From Eledone cirrhosa (taxonomy: Eukaryota): a stretch of 64,000 nt of DNA. Shown one piece after another: positions 1 to 14,336 of the stretch. The DNA lies in contig OZ024742.1 of NCBI GenBank assembly GCA_964016885.1, forward strand, positions 123,690,001-123,754,000, read 5' to 3'. The notes below the pieces were generated by a model. That model saw only the letters and a program-made list of their open reading frames with translations. It had not been told where the DNA came from and made no database searches. Within the stretch, counting starts at the first letter, position 1, and every line of letters begins with the position of its first letter. The position numbers and the translations under genes are program-made.

Positions 1-349
1 ACGTGATGATGTATGTGTATGCAACTTACTAAGGCCTAACGTATGTAACGAATGCACAAACACACACACACTCACGGACACATACACACTCAAATACAAA
101 ATGTGACGTTGTCGTCGTCGTGTTATAAAATGTCGTTTACTTATAGTCTATAGTATAATATTTTACATAAAATGTTCTATTGTTTTAATCCAAATGAAAA
201 TAAAACTTACATTTTGTTAATCCCTGGTTCTAATATTATTACGTTGTAATATTTGATTTGATTTGGTCGAGCCGTTTGAGAAAGCATAAGGAAACAGTCA
301 GATAGACAGACAAATAATTTTATATAGAGAGAGATAAAGGGTAAAGGGT

Positions 350-654
350 AAAGAATGACCATGGGATTTGTACCTAGAAAGTTGCCCTTCGATACAGAAG
401 TCCGAGCAATAATATTTGTGGAAGACCAGTAGTCACCCATGTACACCAGTGTCCCCTTTCTCCGCCACCAATATTGTCCAAGGGAAAGGCAAAGCCAATA
501 CTGCTTGGCATCAGTGACGTTACAATTCATTTCTACAGCTGAGTGAACAGAAGCAACATGCTCAAGAATACAATGCAAAGCCAGGTCCGAGAATTGAAAT
601 CAGAACATCACAATTGTAATTGTAAGCCCGACGCTCTAACCACTAAGTCATGTG

Positions 655-658
<4 letters not shown>
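350..658 (-). mobile_element. tRNA-derived SINE (diverged)
   Basis: Minus strand starts GCGCATGACTTAGTGGTTAGAGCGTCGGG (A-box-like), followed by TTCAATTC and TTCTTGAGCA...CACTCAGCTG. Similar heads occur at 33458 and 58178. Boundaries approximate. Confidence 0.6.
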
Positions 659-690
<32 letters not shown>

Positions 691-2451
691 ATAATAATAA
701 TGATAAAAATCTAACCATTCCGAATTTTTGTCTCCAATCTCAACACTAGATTTGAAATTCCATTCCATTTATTTCTACTTTTTATACACATAATGTATTA
801 GTCACGGCGTACCTTTGCCGTGGAGACTTTGTTAATAAGTTCATTAATGATATGTGCAGAAAGTGATAAAACCTTTTTTAGTAGGTCACACACAAGCTGT
901 CAGAAATTCCTTTCGGGCATTCTATTTGAGAAACCCACTCAAATGTTTGCATAGCTTCTTCGGGATCTCAGGAGACAAGTAGTCTTTAGCAATAGACTGG
1001 AAACAAGGTAAATCATGTAAATCTCAAATATACAATTCAATGTATGTATTTAATTGGGACACTATTTAGCTATTAGCTGCGTATTAATATTGATGTACTA
1101 TATTTGATTATAAGGAAAATTAAAAATACATTCTAAACAAGGATAGGACTTACTCTTGTCTCTCGGGGTAGGTGGAGTGTAATACCGTAGGGAGGGATTA
1201 GCGAATAAGTAACTTTCGCTTGACATATCTGTCAGAACATATTCTATGCCGTATTTGTATAGCTTACCATTAAACATGTCATCTCTTTCTCTTAAAATAC
1301 AATCACACATTTATATATAAATACGTATGAATACATATAAACATACACCAATACATACTTACACAACGACAAACACACTACCATATATATATATATATAT
1401 GTGTACTAGTAATACGTAGTTAAACTTATTCAAAGTGTAGAGCAACTAAAGTCCGTAGGACTAGTTTGAATATAATTATTAAAGCCACTTTCTACATCGG
1501 CGCCATACCAGGAACGTATATTTCGTTACTCCAGTTGCCGATCGTGTTCAACCTGTGCCTTTGAAAATGAACCGGAAAATATTTAGTAAAATATGAAAAT
1601 ACGGAACAAAGGAAGAAGAGCCCAAATGAAGGGAAGTTAATCTAGATGATCTTGTCATTGAGTTGCCGTATTTTATTTGCCTTCTTTGTGGTGTTTCTTT
1701 TATTTGGTATCTGGAGATCGTTTCATGATTAAAGAATTGATTTTTGAAACGGATCTCCGATATACCAACGCATTTCCAGGATTCCGTTTGGAGGTGTTGA
1801 TTCAATGGAGAGACCTCAGATTCGTGTTTTATCGCTGGCATGCTGCATTGTTGATCCAGCGGGCATAACAGAGCGGGCAGTCTATGGTTAATGTAGGCTT
1901 CATATTCATGGGACAAGAGTATCCGAGTTTAACTTTTTGACAGTTAAAGATCTGACGTTATTTGTGTTCTATTGGGAAGTGTGTATCTTTGAGAGCTAAA
2001 CACTTCTTTTCGTCGTTCTATATTTTAAAAATATTTTGAAGTGAACGTGACCCAATGTGTCACGTGTGGTCTAGTATTTTACTAAAAGCTGTGATTGCTT
2101 GCTTTATTGCTTGCTTGTCTGTAATGTAATAGAGCGCAAAGGGCGCATGATGGGAACATACATTGAAAGGAAATTTCGCGTAAATAGGACAACGGGCTCC
2201 CGAGATATAGGGTTTTCTGTATACCTTCATAAACAGAGTTAGAGGGAGAAGGATAGAAAGAAAGAGATAGTGGTTGTGAGAGAGTAGATTGAGAAAGAAT
2301 CATAGAGACAGAGAGAGAAGAATACAGAAAAGAAGATTGGAAGAGAGAGAGAGAGTTGTGTATATATATATATATATATGTTAATATTTGTGAATATGTG
2401 TTTGTGCCTATGACCAGTGTACATAGATCACAGACACCCACATATATATAT

Positions 2452-3533
<1,082 letters not shown>

Positions 3534-3578
3534 GTTATAGGAATAACCAAGTAGTACTTAGAAATACATTGTTTTATT

Positions 3579-3625
3579 AGCTAACAGTGTTTCATCCATA
3601 CGCCATGGCAGGACTCATCAGAGCC
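3579..3625 (-). ncRNA. Minimal type I hammerhead ribozyme motif (Penelope pLTR-like)
   Basis: Minus strand: GGCT-CTGATGA-GTCC..GGAT-GAAAC-ACT-GTT-AGCT. Both core boxes, stem I (GGCT/AGCT) and stem II (GTCC/GGAT) are present, followed by AATAAA. Confidence 0.6.
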
Positions 3626-3965
3626 CCTAAACATGAGTATATAAGTAGTTGCATGCTCCATCAAGCTGCGTCACCAAAACAAGATTAAAGGAGCAGCAGG
3701 GAGGTCCCGAGGCCAGCGCTATATGGAAAAAGGCAGAATACATGATGCACATAATGTCATAAAATGTCTTAAAAATTTAAAAATTAAAAATTAAAAATTG
3801 CACCAAAAATGTATCACTAAAATGGTGCAATAGATGATAAAGAGTATTATAACTATAACGGCTCTGTAGTATAGTAGTTATCCTACCTACATTGAGCTAA
3901 AACCACACTGTCATACCAAGGGCAATATATCTGCATGTCTGGGCATATTGATATATTTGTCAACG

Positions 3966-4010
<45 letters not shown>

Positions 4011-5279
4011 CAGGAGTTACTGCAGGTTGACCCGGGAGAGCATCGATGTTTAGGTTCACTTCTGTGATGAGGTGTAGAGCTATACAGAGTGTAATGTATT
4101 GAAATGATAACAAGGACGATTGATTACTCCTTCATTTCATTTATTGATAGGTGACGCGCGTTTCGCCACTGATCAGCTCAAGGTTTGATCTGTATCGATC
4201 CTACCCGACTCAAGAATCGGCGGCTCGACGGACCCTTTTAAAATGCTATAAGAAAATGAAATACATGCTATGTGGTAAAGTCAGAGTTTCAAGAGTTTGA
4301 CAAAATGAGTTGTTTTGATTGGTGGGAAGGATCAAGGGGATGTACTGGCCTGTAGTGTATGTGGGGGTGGATGTGATGGTGAGATGTTGGTGACGGTCGC
4401 TGATGTGATGGGCTGTGGTATGGTGTTGGCGGGTTGGCCTTGGCCCGTAGTGTATGTGGGGGTGGATGTGATGATAAGATGGGGGTTATGGTCGGTTATT
4501 GGGATGGGTTGTGGTGTGAGGTTAGTGGGTTGTCGGTAGACAGGTTGGCGTGTGTGGGGGTGTGGTTGTGGTGTGGTTGTGGTGTTGGTGTTTATGGTAG
4601 TGGCGTTTGTGGTGGTGTGGTGGATGTGTTGGTGGTGTCGAGTCCTTGCGAAGATACATAGCTAGACGCTCTTCGTCTGACAAATACGTTGTATATATAT
4701 ATACACACACATATATAGGTATTTTGTTCTGCGCTAGCGTTGTGGATCACATAGTGTTTTGTAGCAGAGAAAGCACATGTGTAACTCACTGGGGAGAAAA
4801 CCCGTGATTTTGGCAAATGAATTCAATATGTGTAAAAAAATGCAAAATTTGTAAAAATAGCCCAAATCGAATTAAGCTCTCGACCGGTTAGTTTTTAAAA
4901 TAAACTTATGCAATTAATCAATCAATAGAATTATCTAAATAAATTAACTGGTTAATTGTAAGACTCAGAAGATTAATACAAATATCAATTCAGCGAGAAT
5001 CATATTTCGGCGGGTAGAAATAAGCGAAACGCAATTTTCCAGTCATGCTGGCAAGCGCTCCATGGACCATACATACATTCATATATATACATATTACATG
5101 AATAATCACAGGAGATAATTTTTACAAGCGTGCAACCACGCACAGCTAGGTAGGTAACAAAAATAAAGTTGACTAGAACTTCAAAAATAGATACCTTTTA
5201 ATATGATTAATTATATCTAGTGATTATTCATGTTTATATATATGTTAATCAATTTCTAGTTATTATATATATATATATA

Positions 5280-5466
5280 GGGCGGTGGATTGGCAGTATT
5301 GGTAGAGGGTCGGATGCCATGCTTTGACGCATAGAGTTACGGCCCTTGCTATTCTGAGTTCAAATCCCGCCGAGGTTAACTTTGCCTTTCATCCTTACGG
5401 GGTTGATAAAATAAAGTACCAGTAATGCACTGGGATAATTGCTGGCCTTGTGCCAAAAGTAGAAAC

Positions 5467-5467
<1 letters not shown>
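5280..5467 (+). mobile_element. SINE family A, near full length
   Basis: GGGCGGTGGATTGGCAG...CTGAGTTCAAATCCCGCCGAGG...TTTGCCTTTCATCC...GATAAAATAAAGTACCAG...GCCTTGTGCCAAAAGTAGAAACA; several copies in the window. Confidence 0.85.
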
Positions 5468-5537
<70 letters not shown>

Positions 5538-6266
5538 GTATTATAGTGTTGACTAATTGGTAGCTCTGTTTGCATTTGTATCATACTATCCAATAATAAA
5601 GAATATTGCAATCAGGATGATGCACTTAGAATCGTAAGTAGCATTCCAATTATGATTTGGTGTCTAATGTCTAGTACATGATTTAGTTTATGTACATTAA
5701 TTTTAAGCAATACAAATGCTTTGTTTCCACAATTACCTTTATTACATGCGCTTTTCTAATATGCTTTTTTGTGATGGTATTTTTAATCATGCATTGATGC
5801 CATCACGCAAAGTCGGAACAGTATGAGTAAAACCGACATTTTTAGTCGGTCTAGCACATATTCCCCACACCAAATTGAGATTTTGGATTGAGTTCATATT
5901 TTATTACTTCTAGTAGATAATTTGTGGAAATATATTATCCTTTCATTGGAATGTCTACGTATTGGAGACAGCTAATTTTATAAATATATATTAACTGCTT
6001 CATCATTGTTGAGCAGATTTAGATGGTTTTGGCTGCTATTTCTAGCGTCAAGATAAGCCCAGCGTATTGTCCTAATACATTGAGTGGGATATATCATATA
6101 GTAATTCAGTGAAACAACACGTTGGGCACCGTGTGGTTCGGGAACGACATGGTATAAATATGATATGTGTTCAGTCACTTTTGTGTGCCACTTTCAATGT
6201 TTTCTATATATCATCTGCCGGTCACTAACCTTGTGGATTATCTCTCTCTGTTGACCACTAGCCGCT

Positions 6267-6378
<112 letters not shown>

Positions 6379-6441
6379 CGTGTGTGTGTGTGTGAATGTA
6401 TATATGTATACATTTATATGTAATTCACGTTGATACATAGC

Positions 6442-6632
6442 GAGAGAAAGAACCATATATCTTGTAAGAACACCTAATATTTTATACACATACGAAAGCA
6501 GATATATCTCGAAAAATTACGTGTTGCAGATGGAAGAACATTTTCCATCCGAAGTTCGTACTTTTCCAAGATATATATCCGTTTTTTTGTGTATAACATA
6601 CGGTGTTCTCGTAAGATATATGCTTCTCTCTC
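6442..6632. mobile_element. Fold-back / MITE-like imperfect palindrome
   Basis: The left half (GAACCATATATCTTGTAAGAACACC..TTATACACA..GATATATCTCGAAAAATTACG..GATGGAA) is mirrored by the right half (TTCCATCC..CGTACTTTTCCAAGATATAT..TGTGTATAA..GGTGTTCTCGTAAGATATATGCTTC). Confidence 0.6.
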
Positions 6633-6801
6633 TCTCTTTTTTTTCTCTCTCCATATATATATATATATACATATATCTATAAATTTAAATTATTGATGTT
6701 TTGGACAAATGTTCATTGAGCTTTTCCATTGAGAAGCACAAATGTCATAATAATTGATATGTTATGATAACTTAAATCTGTATATATATATATATATATA
6801 T

Positions 6802-7327
6802 AACAAAGGAATTGTGGTAAGGAACCAGATGCACCATAACGCACCAGAGTACTCAATACTTAGAGTAGTCGAAACGGCTTGAGCCCTGCCAGCGGGGTCA
6901 TACTTTTCCTATATATATTTATACACACACGTACACCTACACACACACACCACCTTCAGCCCTCCCCGCTCGGACACCCCGTCTCCCTCTCCCCACTCCA
7001 CCCGCCACCACCCCTACACACCCCACACCCTTCCACCACCTGTTTTACCCCCCTTTTAATTTCAGTTTATTTTGATCATGCTTTTATATTTAATTTTATT
7101 TCATTCCTTGTATTTTGATCATGCTTTATTTTTATTTTTATTTTTAATTTCATTCGCACAGTTTCCTTTCGCTATATGTCTCTCCACCACTCCCACACAC
7201 TTCTCACCTGAGGAAGGGCTTATGCCCAAAACGTCGTTCCCCACCACCACCCCACTCTCCAGAGCGTGAAATTAATAAACATTCGTTGTACTGCCTCTTT
7301 GTTTTGTTCCTATTCAAATTTTTCCAT
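6802..7327 (+). mobile_element. (TA)n-flanked Penelope pLTR-like unit with degenerate hammerhead
   Basis: Bounded by (TA)n on both sides. CTGAGGA-AGGGC-TTAT-GCCC-AAAACGTCG at 7208-7236 has the GAAA box mutated; AATAAA lies downstream. Confidence 0.45.
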
Positions 7328-8574
7328 TATATATATATATATATATATATACGTGTCTATAAAGTAAAAGGAAACAACAAAATACTTGGATGTATGTATT
7401 CGAAAAGTTAACGGAAAATAACAACAAAACGATATGGAAATTTAATTATATGTATTAGTTTAACATTTGATATATTCTGAAAAGACCTCTAACGTTTCGG
7501 GCGTTAGTTCTCCATCAGAAAATAGCAAGAGAACTAAAAGAATATAAATATAAAGTAGAGTAAAACGAGAAAGAAACGAAAAAGATAAAATGAAGAAATC
7601 GTATGTGTCTTCAGTTCGCCTGTATAGACCTGCAAACATATATATAAGTATTTGTGTAGCTATGCGTATGCTTCTGTAGATAAGTGTACATATAAACAAA
7701 ATGGAGATGTGTAACGCCTAAGATTTAGAATTTAGTGTGACAATGAATTCCATTCAGGACAACATTAAAAGGTTTTTTTCTGATGTAAGAAGTTCTAACT
7801 AATGAATCTGCGTGGAACAACGTTGTCTCAGTGAACTAGTACATTATAGACGGTATGCTGGCTATTCTGTTCTTGTGTAATCGCCTCGTACTTATACATG
7901 TGATAACAATTTGATACTGCTTGCAGGTTCGGCATTGAATTAATCTCTTCAAAAGACATAACATCAAAGCTTCGCTAATTCGAAAATATAACAGTGAACA
8001 CATCTCTACTTGTTGAAAACTAACTAATACTTTCAGATATTACTGTATCGTGTCTGTTACATTTAAGTAACCAACGAAAAGTAGTTTCCTTTCATCTTCA
8101 TGGCATATTTAACAAAAAAAATCAATAAATCGATCAGTTTATTTATTTATTTATTTTTTAGAACCTCTATTTCATGACAATAATATTTTGAATTAAACAG
8201 TTTATGTATTAAAAACTTGTGAAATATGCCTCTAAAGACCTTTACGGTTTTATTCTCAACATTTTATTTCATTTATTAGATAACGTATAAAATGACACGC
8301 ATCCATAGACAGCTGCATACACATATAACTTAATGCAACTGAAAAAATGTACACATGTATTTTCAGCATAAACCGCTCACATTATAATTACATAAACCTA
8401 CATAAATCTGCTTTCATATAGGTGCATGTGACATGCCATGAATAGTACATATACTCATTTTGTACGCTATGTAATATTTGAAATCAGTGATACAGTTACT
8501 GTTGGTATTAGTGAGGGTACTATAACGAACATTACCTATTTTAGATTATATTTAACATATCTTGCCGTCATTGT

Positions 8575-8615
8575 TAACGTTGTTATTGTTACTGTTGTTG
8601 ATGTTGTTGTCGTAG

Positions 8616-8671
<56 letters not shown>

Positions 8672-8803
8672 CTTCTTCTTCTTCTTCTTCTTCTTCTTCT
8701 TCTTCTTCTTCTTCTTCTTCTTCTTCTTCTTCTTCTTCTTCTTCTTCTTCTTCTTCTTCTTCTTCTTCTTCTTCTTCTTCTTCTTCTTCTTCTTCTTCTT
8801 CTT
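8575..8803. repeat. (GTT)n(CTT)n trinucleotide microsatellite
   Basis: Directly visible; explains the poly-V/L/R/K/F ORFs. Confidence 0.97.
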
Positions 8804-8962
8804 TCTTTCATTTCCTTTTCTTCTTTCATTTTTCTTCTTCATCATCCACTTATTCGAGGCTGGTCTATGTAGTCAGAATCCTTGAGTTTAGAATACCTTC
8901 CAGCCAGTCATGTCAGACGCAACTGTCTCCAATTATCTTTGCCTGCCTTCCATAAAAATTAA

Positions 8963-9217
<255 letters not shown>

Positions 9218-9603
9218 CTACTTAACTCGTCCCATGGACTGAGTGCTGTACCACGACCTTCCTGTGTTCTACCACTATATATATATATATATATATATAT
9301 TTACTTTCGCACGGTTAAGATGTGTATTTCGTCTTCTCGTCAATATTCGCAAGTTCTTATGTTCAAATGAATCATTGACTTGATTATCTCATTTTTCCTC
9401 TCTTTACGTTGCCTCACCATTCGTGTTCGTTTACCCATCTCTCTTTCTCCACGCAATTCTTTTTATCCCAATAACTTATTTTAGTTATTGTATCGCACTA
9501 GCCTGAGGTATCTGGTCTTTAATGCGAAGAAATATCTATGATGGCTAGTAGACCACTGGCTTCTATTTCTAATTCTTCATTTTAATTTGTATATCATTAT
9601 CTA

Positions 9604-9784
9604 GGTGGATTGGCAGTATCGGTAGAGAGTCGGACGCCATGCTTTCCAGCATAGTTACGTCCCTTTACGATCTGAGTTCAAATCCCGCCGAGGTTGACGT
9701 TGCCTTTCATCCTTACGGGGTCGATAAAATAAAGTACCAGTAATGCACTGGGTAATTGCTGGCCTTGTGCCTAAAGTAGAAACA
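9604..9784 (+). mobile_element. SINE family A
   Basis: Same core and AGTAGAAACA end as the 5280 copy; flanks ATTATCTA / AGTATCTA. Confidence 0.85.
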
Positions 9785-9788
9785 AGTA

Positions 9789-10801
9789 TCTATAAGAGGC
9801 AGATTGTTGTTGTTAAGTGTTGTTGTTAAGTGTTGTTAATGTTCCATGTTTATACATTTGCACAATTTCAAACCGATTCGGCTAAAAGTCTCTAAGCATG
9901 TTATAAATTGCCTAACTTAGGTCACCAACTATTTATTACATTCACACTCACCAACAATTACAGAAATAATCGATAAAACTAAATACATCACGCTGTACCC
10001 TCTAATACAATCAGATTAACTCTCTCTACTAACCTTAAAATTCGATAAAACTACATACATGCTGCAACTTTCTCTTATATACGATTAAACTTACAAATTG
10101 TAAGAGAGAGAGAGTGAGAAGGAGAGAGAGGGAACGTTTGTTTTTGAGTTTGTTATTTACTTCAATGACAAAGAGAACTTATTACATTTCATACGAAACA
10201 ACAATTATTCAAAAGCAACAGATACATTCATTCAACAACAAAAAACTAGCGATAAATCTTTTTTAAAACATCTATCAACGAACGTGGAAGAAAGAAGTAT
10301 CAGTTCATTTACTATACACAATAATATCCTCTATGAGGTCACTAAACCTGCTAGAAACAACAGCTAACTCTCCGATATACCACACGACGCCCTACTGTCT
10401 TAAATTTAGAAAATATATCCTCTATGAGGACACTAAACCTGCTAGAAACAGCAGCTACCTCTCCCCATATCACACCCCTCCCTACTGTCTTAAATTAGGA
10501 AACACACATTAGACAACCATGCAGAACAACTCCATCGCAGCTCTGTTATTCAGCTGGCATCGTCTACGCGCGTGTTGCGCAAGTACTGTGAAACAATAAA
10601 TTTCAACACTTCTTTGCACAGAGATAATATCCATAGGCAAAATTACAATTGTCACTGCTGGTGCAGCTCCTGCTTCGGCAGTCCAAGTCTGCAATTCATT
10701 CACCCAGTGCCTGGCAGACAAAAATGTGCTGCCATAAAATGGGTGGTGCAACCTAACTTTGGTAACTTACTGACCCGAGCAACGCCGGGCTTTAATGCTA
10801 G
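9789..10801 (+). mobile_element. Non-autonomous Helitron-like element
   Basis: 5' A|TCTATAAGAGGCAGATTGTTG...CCGATTCGGCTAAAA. 3' hairpin CCCGAGCAACGCCGGG (10774-10789) then CTAG|T at 10798-10802. Inserted at A|T with no TSD. Confidence 0.65.
10324..10502 (+). repeat. About 90-bp tandem duplication (SINE-tail-like)
   Basis: ATATCCTCTATGAGG(T/A)CACTAAACCTGCTAGAAACA...CCTACTGTCTTAAATT occurs twice. Confidence 0.85.
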
Positions 10802-10870
10802 TGTATATATATATATACATTTAACGTAATGTAGGACTAAACACTCGTCCTTGTTTTATTTTATTAGATG

Positions 10871-11001
<131 letters not shown>

Positions 11002-11772
11002 GTATAAGTGTATTTATATGCATACTTACATTTATATATATATATGGTCCTTATATATTTGATATATATTTATCCTTATCGAACCCTCTTTGGATTTAGT
11101 CTTCACATTTATTATTATTACTATATATATATATATATATATAGTAATATTGGTGATAATATTTTACAAGGTTGAATTCTTTTCCAGTCTGTTTATCACC
11201 TTTTCTGATAAGTATATTCATTAGTGATATGCTATGCATCCATTGCCGTCACATCTCTCCCCGCTCACTTCTTACAATGAATATCAACGCTGTGCAGCAG
11301 TAATCTTATCTTTTCCTTTCATGTCTTTATCTTCGCTAAATTTATTTCCTCTTCTTAGTCTTCTACAGTGCCTTGCCTTACACTACCTTTTGATATACAC
11401 TGTGTCTTTAATATTTCTTCGTCGAGAAACAAATCACCAAACTAAATAAATTTTAAATCGGAGAGCCGATGAAATTAATATTGCAAGTGGACAATGTGCA
11501 ATGATTAGAAGAAATTATGAATTGAAATATACATATGGAATTAATCTGACGAAATAATGCTTTCTTTCTAGAGAGATATAGAGAAAAATGTCTGAGACTT
11601 GGGAACATAAATAATGTAGTACACACATTGCTGGCTTGTACATTCCATGTACAGATTATTTAGTATAATTCGTTAGTACTCAGGTAACACCTATGGACGT
11701 AACTGGATAACTAAATATAAATTTTCATCATCGCAGGCTTCTCATAATATTTAGTTAACATTATATATATAT

Positions 11773-11912
11773 TCCAGTATAGTTACGTCCCTTTACGGTC
11801 TGAGTTCAAATCCCGCCAAGGTTAACTTTGCCTTCCATCCTTCCGGAGTAGATAAAATAAAGTACCATTAATGCACTGGGTAATTGGTGGCCTTGTGCCA
11901 AAAGTAGAAACA
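11773..11912 (+). mobile_element. SINE family A, 5'-truncated
   Basis: Core plus AGTAGAAACA end; ATTATATATAT on both flanks. Confidence 0.8.
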
Positions 11913-11937
11913 ATTATATATATCTATATATCTATAA

Positions 11938-12002
<65 letters not shown>

Positions 12003-12146
12003 TATACTCTGCTCCGAAGGAGCATAGAGTGCTCAACCGGCATACCGCCTATGGATGCATCCAATCAACCTTACTACAAATATATATATATATATTTCGT
12101 TTCTGAATTTGTTTATTGGCAACATGACCCTCCCAAAGCATAACAA

Positions 12147-12236
<90 letters not shown>

Positions 12237-12374
12237 ATACGTGTGTGTATATGTAGGTGTGTATATATGTAGATGTATATATACACATTAATATGTATAT
12301 GGATATATATATATGTGTATATAAATATGGATGTGTACACACACACACATAAATACCCCCCCCCCCCCCCCCCC

Positions 12375-12437
<63 letters not shown>

Positions 12438-12749
12438 AGAAATAAACACAGTAAATTGTGTGTTTAAAATTTCTTCGGCAAAAAGACCACGTTGGTTTGA
12501 CGAATGTAAACTATGAAACGAACGGAATATACAAGATAAAAAGTACTAACCGTTTCAATAACTGTTAATCTCGTGGACAGATTAGAGATTTAATCTGTTT
12601 CGCCCTGAAAATTGTGTTTGTAGCAGATAATCCGGAGACAATCCTCAGCAGTTGATAAGATTATATGCGATAAACACCCAAGAAAGTAGGTAACTAAATA
12701 ATACACGATATTTTCTATAGAGGAATAATCGACCACAGTACTGGATTGG

Positions 12750-12882
12750 TAGTTTTTTATCCATGTTGAAAGGATGAAATGCAAAGTTGATTCCGGTGGT
12801 ATTTGAACTGTGTACAATGTGGTGGGACGAACAGCGTAAACATTCTATCAGACGTCTTAAGGACTCTTTCAATTAGCCGCCT
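12750..12882 (-). mobile_element. Diverged SINE with the same core
   Basis: Minus strand: GGCGGCTAATTG...GTTCAAATACCACCGGAATCAACTTTGCATTTCATCCTTTC. Confidence 0.55.
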
Positions 12883-14272
12883 ATAACAATAGATATATAG
12901 ACAAAGATGCAACGCTTTACCTGTCTCTGGCAACGGTATCCATTAATTTTGGAAATCTGAATTGGCTACACTTCGTGTATGTAAACACAGTTGAAAAGGA
13001 TTGAAACAATGCGTGTATAAGAAATCTCACAAAAGTGTAGGAATCTCAGTCGTGGAAGTAGCTGTGAAAACAGCCAACAAAACTCGGGTTAAAATATAAC
13101 CTCACGACATCGGAAGAAGGATCAGGGAAAGAGGGAGAGAGGGAAGAAAGAAAGAGAATGAAAGAGAGAATGTCTAAATATATGATGAGAAACATGAGTA
13201 ATGTAGAGCATGAGAGAGAAGAGAAGAAATAAGGGAATGAGCACGATTGAGCAATTTTTTTTATTTTCCTAGGAAAATTATGAAAGAGGAATAAAAAAGC
13301 GGGGAAATGATGGAACACGTAAACCAAAGAGAAACGAAGAAATATGGCGTCATAATCACTTCATCAGCTTCCTTCCAGCTAACATGATTTTGCGCAGTTT
13401 GATGTAAACTTTCTTCCAGCTCTGTTGTTTTGATCTGGTCCTCTTTATACCAGCGTCATAACTACATAAATATATTTTGTTATATTCTGCTGCGCGCCAA
13501 CTTTAAACACATGATACTTTCCTTTTTACAGTATCTCAAACTACAGTACTTAAAACGGAAATATAAATGCTTCCACAGAATTTAGATATAAAGAAATTAC
13601 GGAACAAAATGTTTATGCACTTCTCTACCTGTTTTCTTTACCTAGGACGTCTAATTTCTGAAAAAGATTATTTATGTTTGTACTACAGATATATGTTCGT
13701 TCGTTTAGCGTTCATATTTACGTCTCAGTATTGCGTCGTGCTTCTATTTATTAATCATTGACGTTTTGAAAAAAGCTGTAACTTTGCACGCATTAGACAA
13801 ACTAATGTAATTCTCTCTGAACATGCATATATCACAAATAGCTATGATGAATGTACCATTTTCACTTGATTAAAAAATGTATAAACAATCTCTAATGAAT
13901 ATTTTGTAAAAAAAAAATAATAATGGGGCTTTGCGAGCTAGATATATCTAATTTGGTTTGAACTCAGCCTCAACGCTTTTACTGCATTACGCACATGAAC
14001 GCTATACTAAATAGATTGGGACTATGACGCAACTGGAAGTAAATAAATCTTATACATTATCAAAGTCCAATGCTATTTAGTTTATCATTCTAAAATAGAT
14101 CGATAAAGTTCTTCACTGGTCTCAGAGTAAAGGTACTCAGGGGACATGGAGTTTGATTCTCAGTAAACGTATCTGTGAACTGTTTTCCGTCTCAAGAGGT
14201 ATTTTAGCTGATCCTTTCAGCTATAATTTTTAACGACTGTAAATACACTTCTTTTCTGACATTTCAAGTATG

Positions 14273-14336
<64 letters not shown>
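14273..14336 (+). repeat. (TATC)16 microsatellite, 5' flank of the retrotransposon array
   Basis: Directly visible; abuts the element start AGACGTGTG. Confidence 0.97.

Noticed and set aside
1548-1916. 122-aa minus-strand ORF as a terminal exon
   Set aside because: An in-frame stop lies just upstream, there is no acceptor or ATG start, and no recognisable domain.
8438-8885. Poly-L/V/K/R/F ORFs
   Set aside because: Translations of the (GTT)n(CTT)n microsatellite.
13340-13465. Possible short minus-strand exon (YDAGIKRTRSKQQSWKKVYIKLRK...)
   Set aside because: Weak acceptor, no donor and no recognisable homology; cannot be supported.
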